A stretch of 64,000 nt of DNA from Eledone cirrhosa (lineage: Eukaryota). The stretch's first letter is position 1. Each line of letters begins with the position of its first letter. Below are positions 1 to 15,000 of this stretch, one piece after another. Both the position numbers and the translations under genes were made by a program. The notes beneath the pieces were generated by a model. That model had not been told where the DNA came from. It saw only the letters and a list, made by a program, of their open reading frames with translations, and did no database searches. The stretch lies in contig OZ024740.1 in NCBI GenBank assembly GCA_964016885.1, forward strand, positions 37,014,001 through 37,078,000, read 5' to 3'.

Positions 1-3000
1 TATTATAGAATTGTAGATCAGAGCTTACCTGTGGTTAAACAATATATATTATAGAATTGTAGATCAGAGCTGACCTGTGGTTAAATAATACATATTATAG
101 AATTGTAGATCAGAGCTGACCTGTGGTTAAACAATATATATTATAGAATTGTAGATCAGAACTTACCTGTGGTTAACCAATATATATTATAGAATTGTAG
201 ATCAGAGCTGACCTGTGGTTAAACAATATATATTATAGACTTGTAGATCAGAGCTGGCCTGAGGTTAATAATACATATTATAGAATTGTAGATCAGAGCT
301 GACCTGTGGTTAAACAATATATAATATAGAATTGTAGATCAGAGCTGATCTGTGGTTAAACAATATATAATTTAGAATTGTATATCAGAGCTGACCTGTG
401 GTTAAACAATATATATTATAGAATTGTAGATCAGAGCTGACCTGTGTTTAAACAATACATATTATAGAATTGTAGATCAGAGCTGACCTGTGGTTAAATA
501 ATACATATTATAGAATTGTAGATCAGAGCTGACCTGTGGTTAAACAATATATATTATAGAATTGTAGATCAGAGCTGACCTGTGGTTAAACAATATATAT
601 TATAGAATTGTAAATCAGAGCTGACCTGTGGTTAAACAATACATATTATAGAATTGTAGATCAGAGCTGACCTGTGGTTAAACAATATATATTATAGAAT
701 TGTAGATCAGAGCTGACCTGTGATTAAACAATATATATTATAGAATTGTAGATGAGGGCTGACCTGTGGTTAAACAATATATATTATAGAATTGTAGATC
801 AGAGCTGACCTGCAGTTAAACAATATATATTATAGTATTGTAGATCAGAGCTGACCTGTGGTTAAACAATATATATTATAGAATTGTAGATCAGAGCTGA
901 CCTGCAGTTAAACAATATATATTATAGTATTGTAGATCAGAGCTGACCTGTGGTTAAACAATATATATTATAGAATTGTAGATCAGAGCTGACCTGCAGT
1001 TAAACAATATATATTATAGTATTGTAGATCAGAGCTGACCTGAGGTTAAACAATATATATTATAGAATTGTAGATCAGAGCTGACATGTGGTTAAATAAT
1101 ATATATTATAGAATTGTAGATCAGAGCTGACATGTGGTTAAATAATATATATTATAGAATTGTAGATCAGAGCTGTCCTGTGGTTAAACAATACATATTA
1201 TAGAATAGTAGATCAGAGCTGACCTGTGGTTAAACAATATATATTATAGAATTGTAGATCAGAGCTGACCTGTGGTTAAATAATACATATTATAGAATTG
1301 TAGATCAGAGCTGACCTGTGGTTAAACAATACATATTATAGAATTGTAGATCTAGATCAGTGCTGACCTGTGGTTAAACAATATATATTATAGAATTGTA
1401 GATCAGAGCTGACCTGTGGTTAAATAATACATATTATAGAATTGTAGATCAGAGCTGACCTGTGGTTAAACAATACATATTATAGAATTGTAGATCTAGA
1501 TCAGTGCTGACCTGTGGTTAAACAATATATATTATAGAATTGTAGATCAGAGCTGACCTGTGGTTAAACAATATATATTATAGAATTGTAGATCAGAGCT
1601 GACCTGTGGTTAAACAATATATATTATAGAATTGTAGATCAGAGCTGACCTGTGGTTAAACAATATATATTATAGAATTGTAGATCAGAGCTGACCTGTG
1701 GTTAAACAATATATATTATAGAATTGTAGATCAGAGCTGACCTGTGGTTAAACAATATATATTATAGAATTGTAGATCAGAGCTGACCTGTGGTTAAACA
1801 ATATATATTATAGAATTGTAGATCAGAGCTGACCTGTGGTTAAACAATACATATTATAGAATTGTAGATCAGAGCTGACCTGTGGTTAAACAATATATAT
1901 TATAGAATTGTAGATCAGAGCTTACCTGTGGTTAAACAATATATATTATAGAATTGTAGATCAGAGCTGACCTGTGGTTAAATAATACATATTATAGAAT
2001 TGTAGATCAGAGCTGACCTGTGGTTAAACAATATATATTATAGAATTGTAGATCAGAACTTACCTGTGGTTAACCAATATATATTATAGAATTGTAGATC
2101 AGAGCTGACCTGTGGTTAAACAATATATATTATAGACTTGTAGATCAGAGCTGGCCTGAGGTTAATAATACATATTATAGAATTGTAGATCAGAGCTGAC
2201 CTGTGGTTAAACAATATATAATATAGAATTGTAGATCAGAGCTGATCTGTGGTTAAACAATATATAATTTAGAATTGTATATCAGAGCTGACCTGTGGTT
2301 AAACAATATATATTATAGAATTGTAGATCAGAGCTGACCTGTGTTTAAACAATACATATTATAGAATTGTAGATCAGAGCTGACCTGTGGTTAAATAATA
2401 CATATTATAGAATTGTAGATCAGAGCTGACCTGTGGTTAAACAATATATATTATAGAATTGTAGATCAGAGCTGACCTGTGGTTAAACAATATATATTAT
2501 AGAATTGTAAATCAGAGCTGACCTGTGGTTAAACAATACATATTATAGAATTGTAGATCAGAGCTGACCTGTGGTTAAACAATATATATTATAGAATTGT
2601 AGATCAGAGCTGACCTGTGATTAAACAATATATATTATAGAATTGTAGATGAGGGCTGACCTGTGGTTAAACAATATATATTATAGAATTGTAGATCAGA
2701 GCTGACCTGCAGTTAAACAATATATATTATAGTATTGTAGATCAGAGCTGACCTGTGGTTAAACAATATATATTATAGAATTGTAGATCAGAGCTGACCT
2801 GCAGTTAAACAATATATATTATAGTATTGTAGATCAGAGCTGACCTGTGGTTAAACAATATATATTATAGAATTGTAGATCAGAGCTGACCTGCAGTTAA
2901 ACAATATATATTATAGTATTGTAGATCAGAGCTGACCTGAGGTTAAACAATATATATTATAGAATTGTAGATCAGAGCTGACATGTGGTTAAATAATATA

Positions 3001-6000
3001 TATTATAGAATTGTAGATCAGAGCTGACATGTGGTTAAATAATATATATTATAGAATTGTAGATCAGAGCTGTCCTGTGGTTAAACAATACATATTATAG
3101 AATAGTAGATCAGAGCTGACCTGTGGTTAAATAATATATATTATAGAATTGTAGATCAGAGCTGACCTGTGGTTAAATAATACATATTATAGAATTGTAG
3201 ATCAGAGCTGACCTGTGGTTAAACAATACATATTATAGAATTGTAGATCTAGATCAGTGCTGACCTGTGGTTAAATAATATATATTATAGAATTGTAGAT
3301 AAGAGCTGTCCTGTGGTTAAACAATATATATTATAGAATTGTAGATCAGAACTTACCTGTGGTTAAATAATACATATTATAGAATTGTAGATCAGAGCTG
3401 ACCTGTGGTTTAACAATATATATTATAGAATTGTGGATCAGAGCTGACCTGTGGTTAAACAATATATATTATAGAATTGTAGATAAGAGCTGACCTGTTG
3501 TTAAACAATACATATTATAGAATTGTAGATCAGAGCTGACCTGTGGTTAAACAATATATATTATAGAATTGTAGATCAGAGCTGACCTGTGGTTAAACAA
3601 TATATATTATAGAATTGTAGATCAGAGCTGACCTGTGGTTAAATAATACATATTATAGAATTGTAAATCAGAGCTGACCTGTGGTTAAATAATATATATT
3701 ATAGAATTGTAGATAAGAGCTGTCCTGTGGTTAAACAATATATATTATAGAATTGTAGATCAGAGCTGACCTGTGGTTAAATAATACATATTATAGAATT
3801 GTAGATCAGAGCTGACATGTGGTTAAACAATATATATTATAGAATTGTAGATAAGAGCTGTCCTGTGGTTAAACAATATATATTATAAATTGTAAATCAG
3901 AGCTGACCTGTGGTTAAACAATATATATTATAGAATTGTAGATCAGAGCTGACCTGTGGTTAAACAATATATATTATAGAATTGTGGATCAGAGCTGACC
4001 TGAGGTTAAACAATATATATTATAGAATTGTGGATCAGAGCTGACCTGAGGTTAAACAATATATATTATAGAATTGTAGATCAGAGCTGACCTGTGGTTA
4101 AACAATATATATTATAGAATTGTAGATCAGAGCTGACCTGTGGTTAAACAATATATATTATAGAATTGTAGATCAGAGCTGACCTGTGGTTAAACAATAT
4201 ATATTATAGAATTGTAGATCAGAGCTGACCTGTGGTTAAACAATATATATTATAGAATTGTAGATCAGAGCTGACCTGTGGTTAAACAATATATATTATA
4301 GAATTGTAGATCAGAACTGACCTGTGGTTAAACAATATATATTATAGAATTGTAGAACAGAGCTGACCTGTGGTTAACCAATATATATTATAGAATTGTA
4401 GATCAGAGCTGACCTGTGGTTAAACAATATATAGTATAGACTTGTAGATCAGAGCTGGCCTGAGGTTAATAATACATATTATAGAATTGTAGATCAGAGC
4501 TGACCTGTGTTTAAACAATACATATTATAGAATTGTAGATCAGAGCTGACCTGTGGTTAAACAATATATATTATAGAATTGTAGATCAGAGCTGACCTGT
4601 GGTTAAATAATACATATTATAGAATTGTAAATCAGAGCTGACCTGTGGTTAAATAATATATATTATAGAATTGTAGATAAGAGCTGTCCTGTGGTTAAAC
4701 AATATATATTATAGAATTGTAGATCAGAGCTGACCTGTGGTTAAATAATACATATTATAGAATTGTAGATCAGAGCTGACATGTGGTTAAACAATATATA
4801 TTATAGAATTGTAGATAAGAGCTGTCCTGTGGTTAAACAATATATATTATAAATTGTAAATCAGAGCTGACCTGTGGTTAAACAATACATATTATAGAAT
4901 TGTAGATCAGAGCTGACCTGTGGTTAAACAATATATATTATAGAATTGTGGATCAGAGCTGACCTGAGGTTAAACAATATATATTATAGAATTGTAGATC
5001 AGAGCTGACCTGTGGTTAAACAATATATATTATAGAATTGTAGATCAGAGCTGACCTGTGGTTAAACAATATATATTATAGAATTGTAGATCAGAGCTGA
5101 CCTGTGGTTAAACAATATATATTATAGAATTGTAGATCAGAGCTGACCTGTGGTTAAACAATATATATTATAGAATTGTAGATCAGAGCTGACCTGTGGT
5201 TAAACAATATATATTATAGAATTGTAGATCAGAACTGACCTGTGGTTAAACAATATATATTATAGAATTGTAGAACAGAGCTGACCTGTGGTTAACCAAT
5301 ATATATTATAGAATTGTAGATCAGAGCTGACCTGTGGTTAAACAATATATAGTATAGACTTGTAGATCAGAGCTGGCCTGAGGTTAATAATACATATTAT
5401 AGAATTGTAGATCAGAGCTGACCTGTGGTTAAACAATATATAATATAGAATTGTAGATCAGAGCTGATCTGTGGTTAAACAATATATATTATAGAATTGT
5501 AGATCAGAGCTGACCTGTGGTTAAATAATATATATTATAGAATTGTAGATCAGAGCTGACCTGTGGTTAAACAATATATAATTTAGAATTGTATATCAGA
5601 GCTGACCTGTGTTTAAACAATACATATTATAGAATTGTAGATCAGAGCTGTCCTCTGGTTAAACAATATATATTATAGAATTGAAGATCAGAGCTGACCA
5701 GTGGTTAAACAATATATATTATAGAATTGTAGATCAGAGCTGACCTGAGGTTAAACAATATATATTATAGAATTGTAGATCAGAGCTGACCTGTGGTTAA
5801 ACAATATATATTATAGAATTGTAGATCAGAGCTGACCAGTGGTTAAACAATATATATTATCGAATTGTAGATCAGCGCTGACCTGTGGTTAAACAATATA
5901 TATTATAGAATTGTAGATCAGAGCTGATCTGTGGTTAAACAATATATATTATAGAATTGTAGATCAGAGCTGACCTGTGGTTAAACAATATATATTATAG

Positions 6001-9000
6001 AATTGTAGATCAGAGCTGTCCTCTGGCTAAACAACATATGTTATAGATTTGTAGATCAGAGCTGTCCTCTGGTTAAACAATATATATTATAGAATTGTAG
6101 ATCAGAGCTGACCTGTGGTTAAACAATATATAGTATAGACTTGTAGATCAGAGCTGGCCTGAGGTTAATAATACATATTATAGAATTGTAGATCAGAGCT
6201 GACCTGTGTTTAAACAATACATATTATAGAATTGTAGATCAGAGCTGACCTGTGGTTAAACAATATATATTATAGAATTGTAGATCAGAGCTGACCTGTG
6301 GTTAAATAATACATATTATAGAATTGTAAATCAGAGCTGACCTGTGGTTAAATAATATATATTATAGAATTGTAGATAAGAGCTGTCCTGTGGTTAAACA
6401 ATATATATTATAGAATTGTAGATCAGAGCTGACCTGTGGTTAAATAATACATATTATAGAATTGTAGATCAGAGCTGACATGTGGTTAAACAATATATAT
6501 TATAGAATTGTAGATAAGAGCTGTCCTGTGGTTAAACAATATATATTATAAATTGTAAATCAGAGCTGACCTGTGGTTAAACAATACATATTATAGAATT
6601 GTAGATCAGAGCTGACCTGTGGTTAAACAATATATATTATAGAATTGTGGATCAGAGCTGACCTGAGGTTAAACAATATATATTATAGAATTGTAGATCA
6701 GAGCTGACCTGTGGTTAAACAATATATATTATAGAATTGTAGATCAGAGCTGACCTGTGGTTAAACAATATATATTATAGAATTGTAGATCAGAGCTGAC
6801 CTGTGGTTAAACAATATATATTATAGAATTGTAGATCAGAGCTGACCTGTGGTTAAACAATATATATTATAGAATTGTAGATCAGAGCTGACCTGTGGTT
6901 AAACAATATATATTATAGAATTGTAGATCAGAACTGACCTGTGGTTAAACAATATATATTATAGAATTGTAGAACAGAGCTGACCTGTGGTTAACCAATA
7001 TATATTATAGAATTGTAGATCAGAGCTGACCTGTGGTTAAACAATATATAGTATAGACTTGTAGATCAGAGCTGGCCTGAGGTTAATAATACATATTATA
7101 GAATTGTAGATCAGAGCTGACCTGTGGTTAAACAATATATAATATAGAATTGTAGATCAGAGCTGATCTGTGGTTAAACAATATATATTATAGAATTGTA
7201 GATCAGAGCTGACCTGTGGTTAAATAATACATATTATAGAATTGTAGATCAGAGCTGACCTGTGGTTAAACAATATATAATTTAGAATTGTATATCAGAG
7301 CTGACCTGTGTTTAAACAATACATATTATAGAATTGTAGATCAGAGCTGTCCTCTGGTTAAACAATATATATTATAGAATTGAAGATCAGAGCTGACCAG
7401 TGGTTAAACAATATATATTATAGAATTGTAGATCAGAGCTGACCTGTGGTTAAACAATACATATTATAGAATTGTAGATCAGAGCTGACCTGTGGTTAAA
7501 CAATATATATTATAGAATTGTAGATCAGAGCTGACCTGTGATTAAACAATATATATTATAGAATTGTAGATGAGGGCTGACCTGTGGTTAAACAATATAT
7601 ATTATAGAATTGTAGATCAGAGCTGACCTGCAGTTAAACAATATATATTATAGTATTGTAGATCAGAGCTGACCTGTGGTTAAACAATATATATTATAGA
7701 ATTGTAGATCAGAGCTGACCTGCAGTTAAACAATATATATTATAGTATTGTAGATCAGAGCTGACCTGTGGTTAAACAATATATATTATAGAATTGTAGA
7801 TCAGAGCTGACCTGCAGTTAAACAATATATATTATAGTATTGTAGATCAGAGCTGACCTGAGGTTAAACAATATATATTATAGAATTGTAGATCAGAGCT
7901 GACATGTGGTTAAATAATATATATTATAGAATTGTAGATCAGAGCTGTCCTGTGGTTAAACAATACATATTATAGAATAGTAGATCAGAGCTGACCTGTG
8001 GTTAAACAATATATATTATAGAATTGTAGATCAGAGCTGACCTGTGGTTAAATAATACATATTATAGAATTGTATATCAGAGCTGACCTGTGGTTAAACA
8101 ATACATATTATAGAATTGTAGATCTAGATCAGTGCTGACCTGTGGTTAAATAATATATATTATAGAATTGTAGATAAGAGCTGTCCTGTGGTTAAACAAT
8201 ATATATTATAGAATTGTAGATCAGAACTTACCTGTGGTTAAATAATACATATTATAGAATTGTAGATCAGAGCTGACCTGTGGTTTAACAATATATATTA
8301 TAGAATTGTGGATCAGAGCTGACCTGTGGTTAAACAATATATATTATAGAATTGTAGATAAGAGCTGACCTGTTGTTAAACAATACATATTATAGAATTG
8401 TAGATCAGAGCTGACCTGTGGTTAAACAATATATATTATAGAATTGTAGATCAGAGCTGACCTGTGGTTAAACAATATATATTATAGAATTGTAGATCAG
8501 AGCTGACCTGTGGTTAAATAATACATATTATAGAATTGTAAATCAGAGCTGACCTGTGGTTAAATAATATATATTATAGAATTGTAGATAAGAGCTGTCC
8601 TGTGGTTAAACAATATATATTATAGAATTGTAGATCAGAGCTGACCTGTGGTTAAATAATACATATTATAGAATTGTAGATCAGAGCTGACATGTGGTTA
8701 AACAATATATATTATAGAATTGTAGATAAGAGCTGTCCTGTGGTTAAACAATATATATTATAAATTGTAAATCAGAGCTGACCTGTGGTTAAACAATATA
8801 TATTATAGAATTGTAGATCAGAGCTGACCTGTGGTTAAACAATATATATTATAGAATTGTGGATCAGAGCTGACCTGAGGTTAAACAATATATATTATAG
8901 AATTGTGGATCAGAGCTGACCTGAGGTTAAACAATATATATTATAGAATTGTAGATCAGAGCTGACCTGTGGTTAAACAATATATATTATAGAATTGTAG

Positions 9001-12000
9001 ATCAGAGCTGACCTGTGGTTAAACAATATATATTATAGAATTGTAGATCAGAGCTGACCTGTGGTTAAACAATATATATTATAGAATTGTAGATCAGAGC
9101 TGACCTGTGGTTAAACAATATATATTATAGAATTGTAGATCAGAGCTGACCTGTGGTTAAACAATATATATTATAGAATTGTAGATCAGAACTGACCTGT
9201 GGTTAAACAATATATATTATAGAATTGTAGAACAGAGCTGACCTGTGGTTAACCAATATATATTATAGAATTGTAGATCAGAGCTGACCTGTGGTTAAAC
9301 AATATATAGTATAGACTTGTAGATCAGAGCTGGCCTGATGTTAATAATACATATTATAGAATTGTAGATCAGAGCTGACCTGTGTTTAAACAATACATAT
9401 TATAGAATTGTAGATCAGAGCTGACCTGTGGTTAAACAATATATATTATAGAATTGTAGATCAGAGCTGACCTGTGGTTAAATAATACATATTATAGAAT
9501 TGTAAATCAGAGCTGACCTGTGGTTAAATAATATATATTATAGAATTGTAGATAAGAGCTGTCCTGTGGTTAAACAATATATATTATAGAATTGTAGATC
9601 AGAGCTGACCTGTGGTTAAATAATACATATTATAGAATTGTAGATCAGAGCTGACATGTGGTTAAACAATATATATTATAGAATTGTAGATAAGAGCTGT
9701 CCTGTGGTTAAACAATATATATTATAAATTGTAAATCAGAGCTGACCTGTGGTTAAACAATACATATTATAGAATTGTAGATCAGAGCTGACCTGTGGTT
9801 AAACAATATATATTATAGAATTGTGGATCAGAGCTGACCTGAGGTTAAACAATATATATTATAGAATTGTAGATCAGAGCTGACCTGTGGTTAAACAATA
9901 TATATTATAGAATTGTAGATCAGAGCTGACCTGTGGTTAAACAATATATATTATAGAATTGTAGATCAGAGCTGACCTGTGGTTAAACAATATATATTAT
10001 AGAATTGTAGATCAGAGCTGACCTGTGGTTAAACAATATATATTATAGAATTGTAGATCAGAGCTGACCTGTGGTTAAACAATATATATTATAGAATTGT
10101 AGATCAGAACTGACCTGTGGTTAAACAATATATATTATAGAATTGTAGAACAGAGCTGACCTGTGGTTAACCAATATATATTATAGAATTGTAGATCAGA
10201 GCTGACCTGTGGTTAAACAATATATAGTATAGACTTGTAGATCAGAGCTGGCCTGAGGTTAATAATACATATTATAGAATTGTAGATCAGAGCTGACCTG
10301 TGGTTAAACAATATATAATATAGAATTGTAGATCAGAGCTGATCTGTGGTTAAACAATATATATTATAGAATTGTAGATCAGAGCTGACCTGTGGTTAAA
10401 TAATACATATTATAGAATTGTAGATCAGAGCTGACCTGTGGTTAAACAATATATAATTTAGAATTGTATATCAGAGCTGACCTGTGTTTAAACAATACAT
10501 ATTATAGAATTGTAGATCAGAGCTGTCCTCTGGTTAAACAATATATATTATAGAATTGAAGATCAGAGCTGACCAGTGGTTAAACAATATATATTATAGA
10601 ATTGTAGATCAGAGCTGACCTGAGGTTAAACAATATATATTATAGAATTGTAGATCAGAGCTGACCTGTGGTTAAACAATATATATTATAGAATTGTAGA
10701 TCAGAGCTGACCAGTGGTTAAACAATATATATTATCGAATTGTAGATCAGCGCTGACCTGTGGTTAAACAATATATATTATAGAATTGTAGATCAGAGCT
10801 GATCTGTGGTTAAACAATATATATTATAGAATTGTAGATCAGAGCTGACCTGTGGTTAAACAATATATATTATAGAATTGTAGATCAGAGCTGTCCTCTG
10901 GCTAAACAACATATGTTATAGATTTGTAGATCAGAGCTGTCCTCTGGTTAAACAATATATATTATAGAATTGTAGATCAGAGCTGACCTGTGGTTAAAGA
11001 ATATATATTATAGAATTGTAGATCAGAGCTGACCTGTGGTTAAACAATATATATTATAGAATTGTAGATCAGAGCTGACTTGAGGTTAAACAATATATAT
11101 TATAGAATTGTAGATCAGAGCTGACCTGTGGTTAAACAATATATATAATAGAATTGTAGATGAGAGCTGACCTGTAGTTAAACAATATATATTATAGAAT
11201 AGTAGATCAGAGCTGAACTGTGGTTAAACAATATATATTATAGAATTGTAGATCAGAGCTGACCTGTGGTTAAACAATATATATTATAGAATAGTAGATC
11301 AGAGCTGACCTGTGGTTAAACAATATATATTATAGAATTGTAGATCAGAGCTGACCTGTGGCTAAACAATATATATTATAGAATTGTAGATCAGAGCTGA
11401 CCTGTGGTTAAACAATATATATTATAGAATAGTAGATCAGAGCTGACCTGTGGTTAAACAATATATATTATAGAATTGTCGATCAGTGCTGACATATGGT
11501 TAAACAATATATATTATAGAATTGTAGATCAGAGCTGACCTGTGGCTAAACAATATATATTATAGAATTGTAGATCAGAGCTGACCTGTGGTTAACCAAT
11601 ATATATTATAGAATTGTAGATCAGAGCTGACCTGTGGTTAAACAAAATATATTATAGAATTGTAGAGCAGAGCTGACCTGTGGTTAAACAATATATATTA
11701 TAGAATTGTAGATCAGAGCTGACCTGCAGTTAAACAATATATATTATATTATTGTAGATCAGAGCTGACCTGTGGTCAAACAAAATATATTATAGAATTG
11801 TAGATCAGAGCTGGCCTGTCGTTAAACATATATATTATAGAATTGTAGATCAGAGCTGACCTGCGGTTAAACAATATATATTATAGAATTGTAGAGCAGA
11901 GCTGACCTGTAGTTAAACAATATATATTATAGAATTGTAGATCAGAGCTGACCTGTGGTTAACCAATATATATTATAGAATTGTAGATCAGAGCTGACCT

Positions 12001-15000
12001 GTGGTTAAACAATATATATTATAGAATTGTAGTTCAGAGCTGACATGTGCTTAAATAATAAATATTATAGAATTGTAGATCAGAGCTGACCTGTGGTTAA
12101 AGAATATATATAATAGAATTGAAGATCAGAGCTGTCCTCTGGTTAAACAATATATATTATAGAATTGTAGATCAGAGCAGACTTGAGGTTAAACAATATA
12201 TATTATAGAATTGTAGATCAGAGCTGTCCTCTGGTTAAACAATATATATTATAGAATTGTAGATCAGAGCAGACTTGAGGTTAAACAATATATATTATAG
12301 AATTGTAGATCAGAGCTGTCCTGTGGTTAAACAATATATATTAAAGAATTGTAGATCAGAGCTGACCTGTGGTTAAATAATATATATTATAGAATTGTAG
12401 ATCAGAGCTGACCTGTGGTTAACCAATATATATTATAGAATTGTAGATCAGAGCTGACCTGTGGTTAAACAATATATATTATAGAATTGTAGATCAGAGC
12501 TGACCTGTGGTTAAAGAATATATATTATAGAATTGAAGATCAGAGCTGACCTGAGGTTAAACAATATATATTATAGAATTGTAGATCAGAGCTGACCTAT
12601 GGTTAAACAATATATATTATAGAATAGTAGATCAGAGCTGACCTGTGGTTAGACAATATATATTATAGAATTGTAGATCAGAGCTGACCTGTGGTTAAAG
12701 AATATATATTATAGAATTGTAGATCAGAGCTGACCTGTGGTTAAACAATATAAATTATAGAATTGTAAATCAGAGCTGACCTGTAGTTAAACAATATATA
12801 TTATAGAATTGTAGATCAGAGCTGACCTGTGGTTAAATAATATATATTATAGAATTGTAGATCAGAGCTGACCTGTGGTTAAACAATATATATTATAGAA
12901 TTGTAGATCAGAGCTGACTTGAGGTTAAACAATATATATTATAGAATTGTAGATCAGAGCTGACCTGTGGTTAAATAATATATATTATAGAATAGTAGAT
13001 CAGAGCTGACCTGTGGTTAAACAATATATATTATAGAATTGTCGATCAGTGCTGACCTGTGGTTAAACAATATATATTATAGAATTGTCGATCAGTGCTG
13101 ACCTGAGGTTAAACAATATAAATTATAGAATTGTAGATCAGAACTGACCTGTGGTTAAACAATATATATTATAGAATTGTAGATCAGAGCTGACCTGTCG
13201 TTAAACAATATATATAATAGAATTGTATATGAGAGCTGACCTGTGGTTAAACAATATATATTATAGAATTGTAGATCAGAGCTGACCTGTGGTTAACCAA
13301 TATATATTATAGAATTGTAGATCAGAGCTGACCTGTGGTTAAACAATATATATTATAGAATTGTAGATCAGAGCTGACCAGTGGTTAAACAATATATATT
13401 ATAGAATTGTAGATCAGAGCTGACCTGTGGTTAAACAATATATATTATAGAATTGTAGATCAGAGCTGACCTGTGGTTAAACAATATATATTATAGAATT
13501 GTAGATCAGAGCTGACTTGAGGTTAAACAATATATATTATAGAATTGTAGATCAGAGCTGACCTGTGGTTAAACAATATATATAATAGAATTGTAGATGA
13601 GAGCTGACCTGTGGTTAAACAATATATATTATAGAATTGTAGATCAGAGCTGACCTGTGGTTAAACAATATATATTATAGAATTGTAGATCAGAGCTGAC
13701 TTGAGGTTAAACAATATATATTATAGAATTGTAGATCAGAGCTGACCTGTGGTTAAACAATATATATTATAGAATTGTAGATCAGAGCTGACCTGTGGTT
13801 AAACAATATATATAATAGAATTGTAGATCAGAGCTGACCTGTGGTTAAACAATATATATAATAGAATTGTAGATCAGAGCTGACTTGAGGTTAAACAATA
13901 TATATTATAGAATTGTAGATCAGAGCTGACCTGTGGTTAAACAATATATATAATAGAATTGTAGATGAGAGCTGACCTGTGGTTAAACAATATATATTAT
14001 AGAATTGTAGATCAGAGCTGACTTGAGGTTAAACAATATATATTATAGAATTGTAGATCAGAGCTGACCTGTGGTTAAACAATATATATTATAGAATTGT
14101 AGATCAGAGCTGACCTGTGGTTAAACAATATATATAATAGAATTGTAGATCAGAGCTGACCTGTGGTTAAACAATATATATAATAGAATTGTAGATCAGA
14201 GCTGACCTGAGGTTAAACAATATAAATTATAGAATTGTAGATCAGAGCTGAACTGTGGTTAAACAATATATATTATAGAATTGTAGATTAGAGCTGACCT
14301 GTGGTTAAACAATATATATTATAGAATTGTAGATCAGAGCTGACCTGTGGTTAAACAATATATATAATAGAATTGTAGATCAGAGCTGACCTGAGGTTAA
14401 ACAATATAAATTATAGAATTGTAGATCAGAGCTGAACTGTGGTTAAACAATATATATTATAGAATTTTAGATCAGAGCTGACCTGTGGTTAAACAATATA
14501 TATTATAGAATTGTAGATCAGAGCTGACCTGTGGTTAAACAATATATATTATAGAATAGTAGATCAGAGCTGACCTGTAGTTAAACAATATTTATTATAG
14601 AATTGTCGATCAGTGCTGACCTGTGGTTAAACAATATATATTATAGAATTGTAGATCAGAGCTGACCTGTGGTTAAACAATATATATTATAGAATTGTAG
14701 ATCAGACCTGACCTGTGGTTAAACAATATATATTATAGAATTGTAGATCAGAGCTGACCTGTCGTTAAACAATATATATAATAGAATTGTATATGAGAGC
14801 TGACCTGTGGTTAAACAATATATATTATAGAATTGTAGATCAGAGCTGACCTGTGCTTAACCAATATATATTATAGAATTGTAGATCAGAGCTGACCTGT
14901 GGTTAAACAATATATATTATCGAATTGTAGTTCAGAGCTGACATGTGGTTAAATAATAAATATTATAGAATTGTAGATCAGAGCTGACCTGTGGTTAAAG

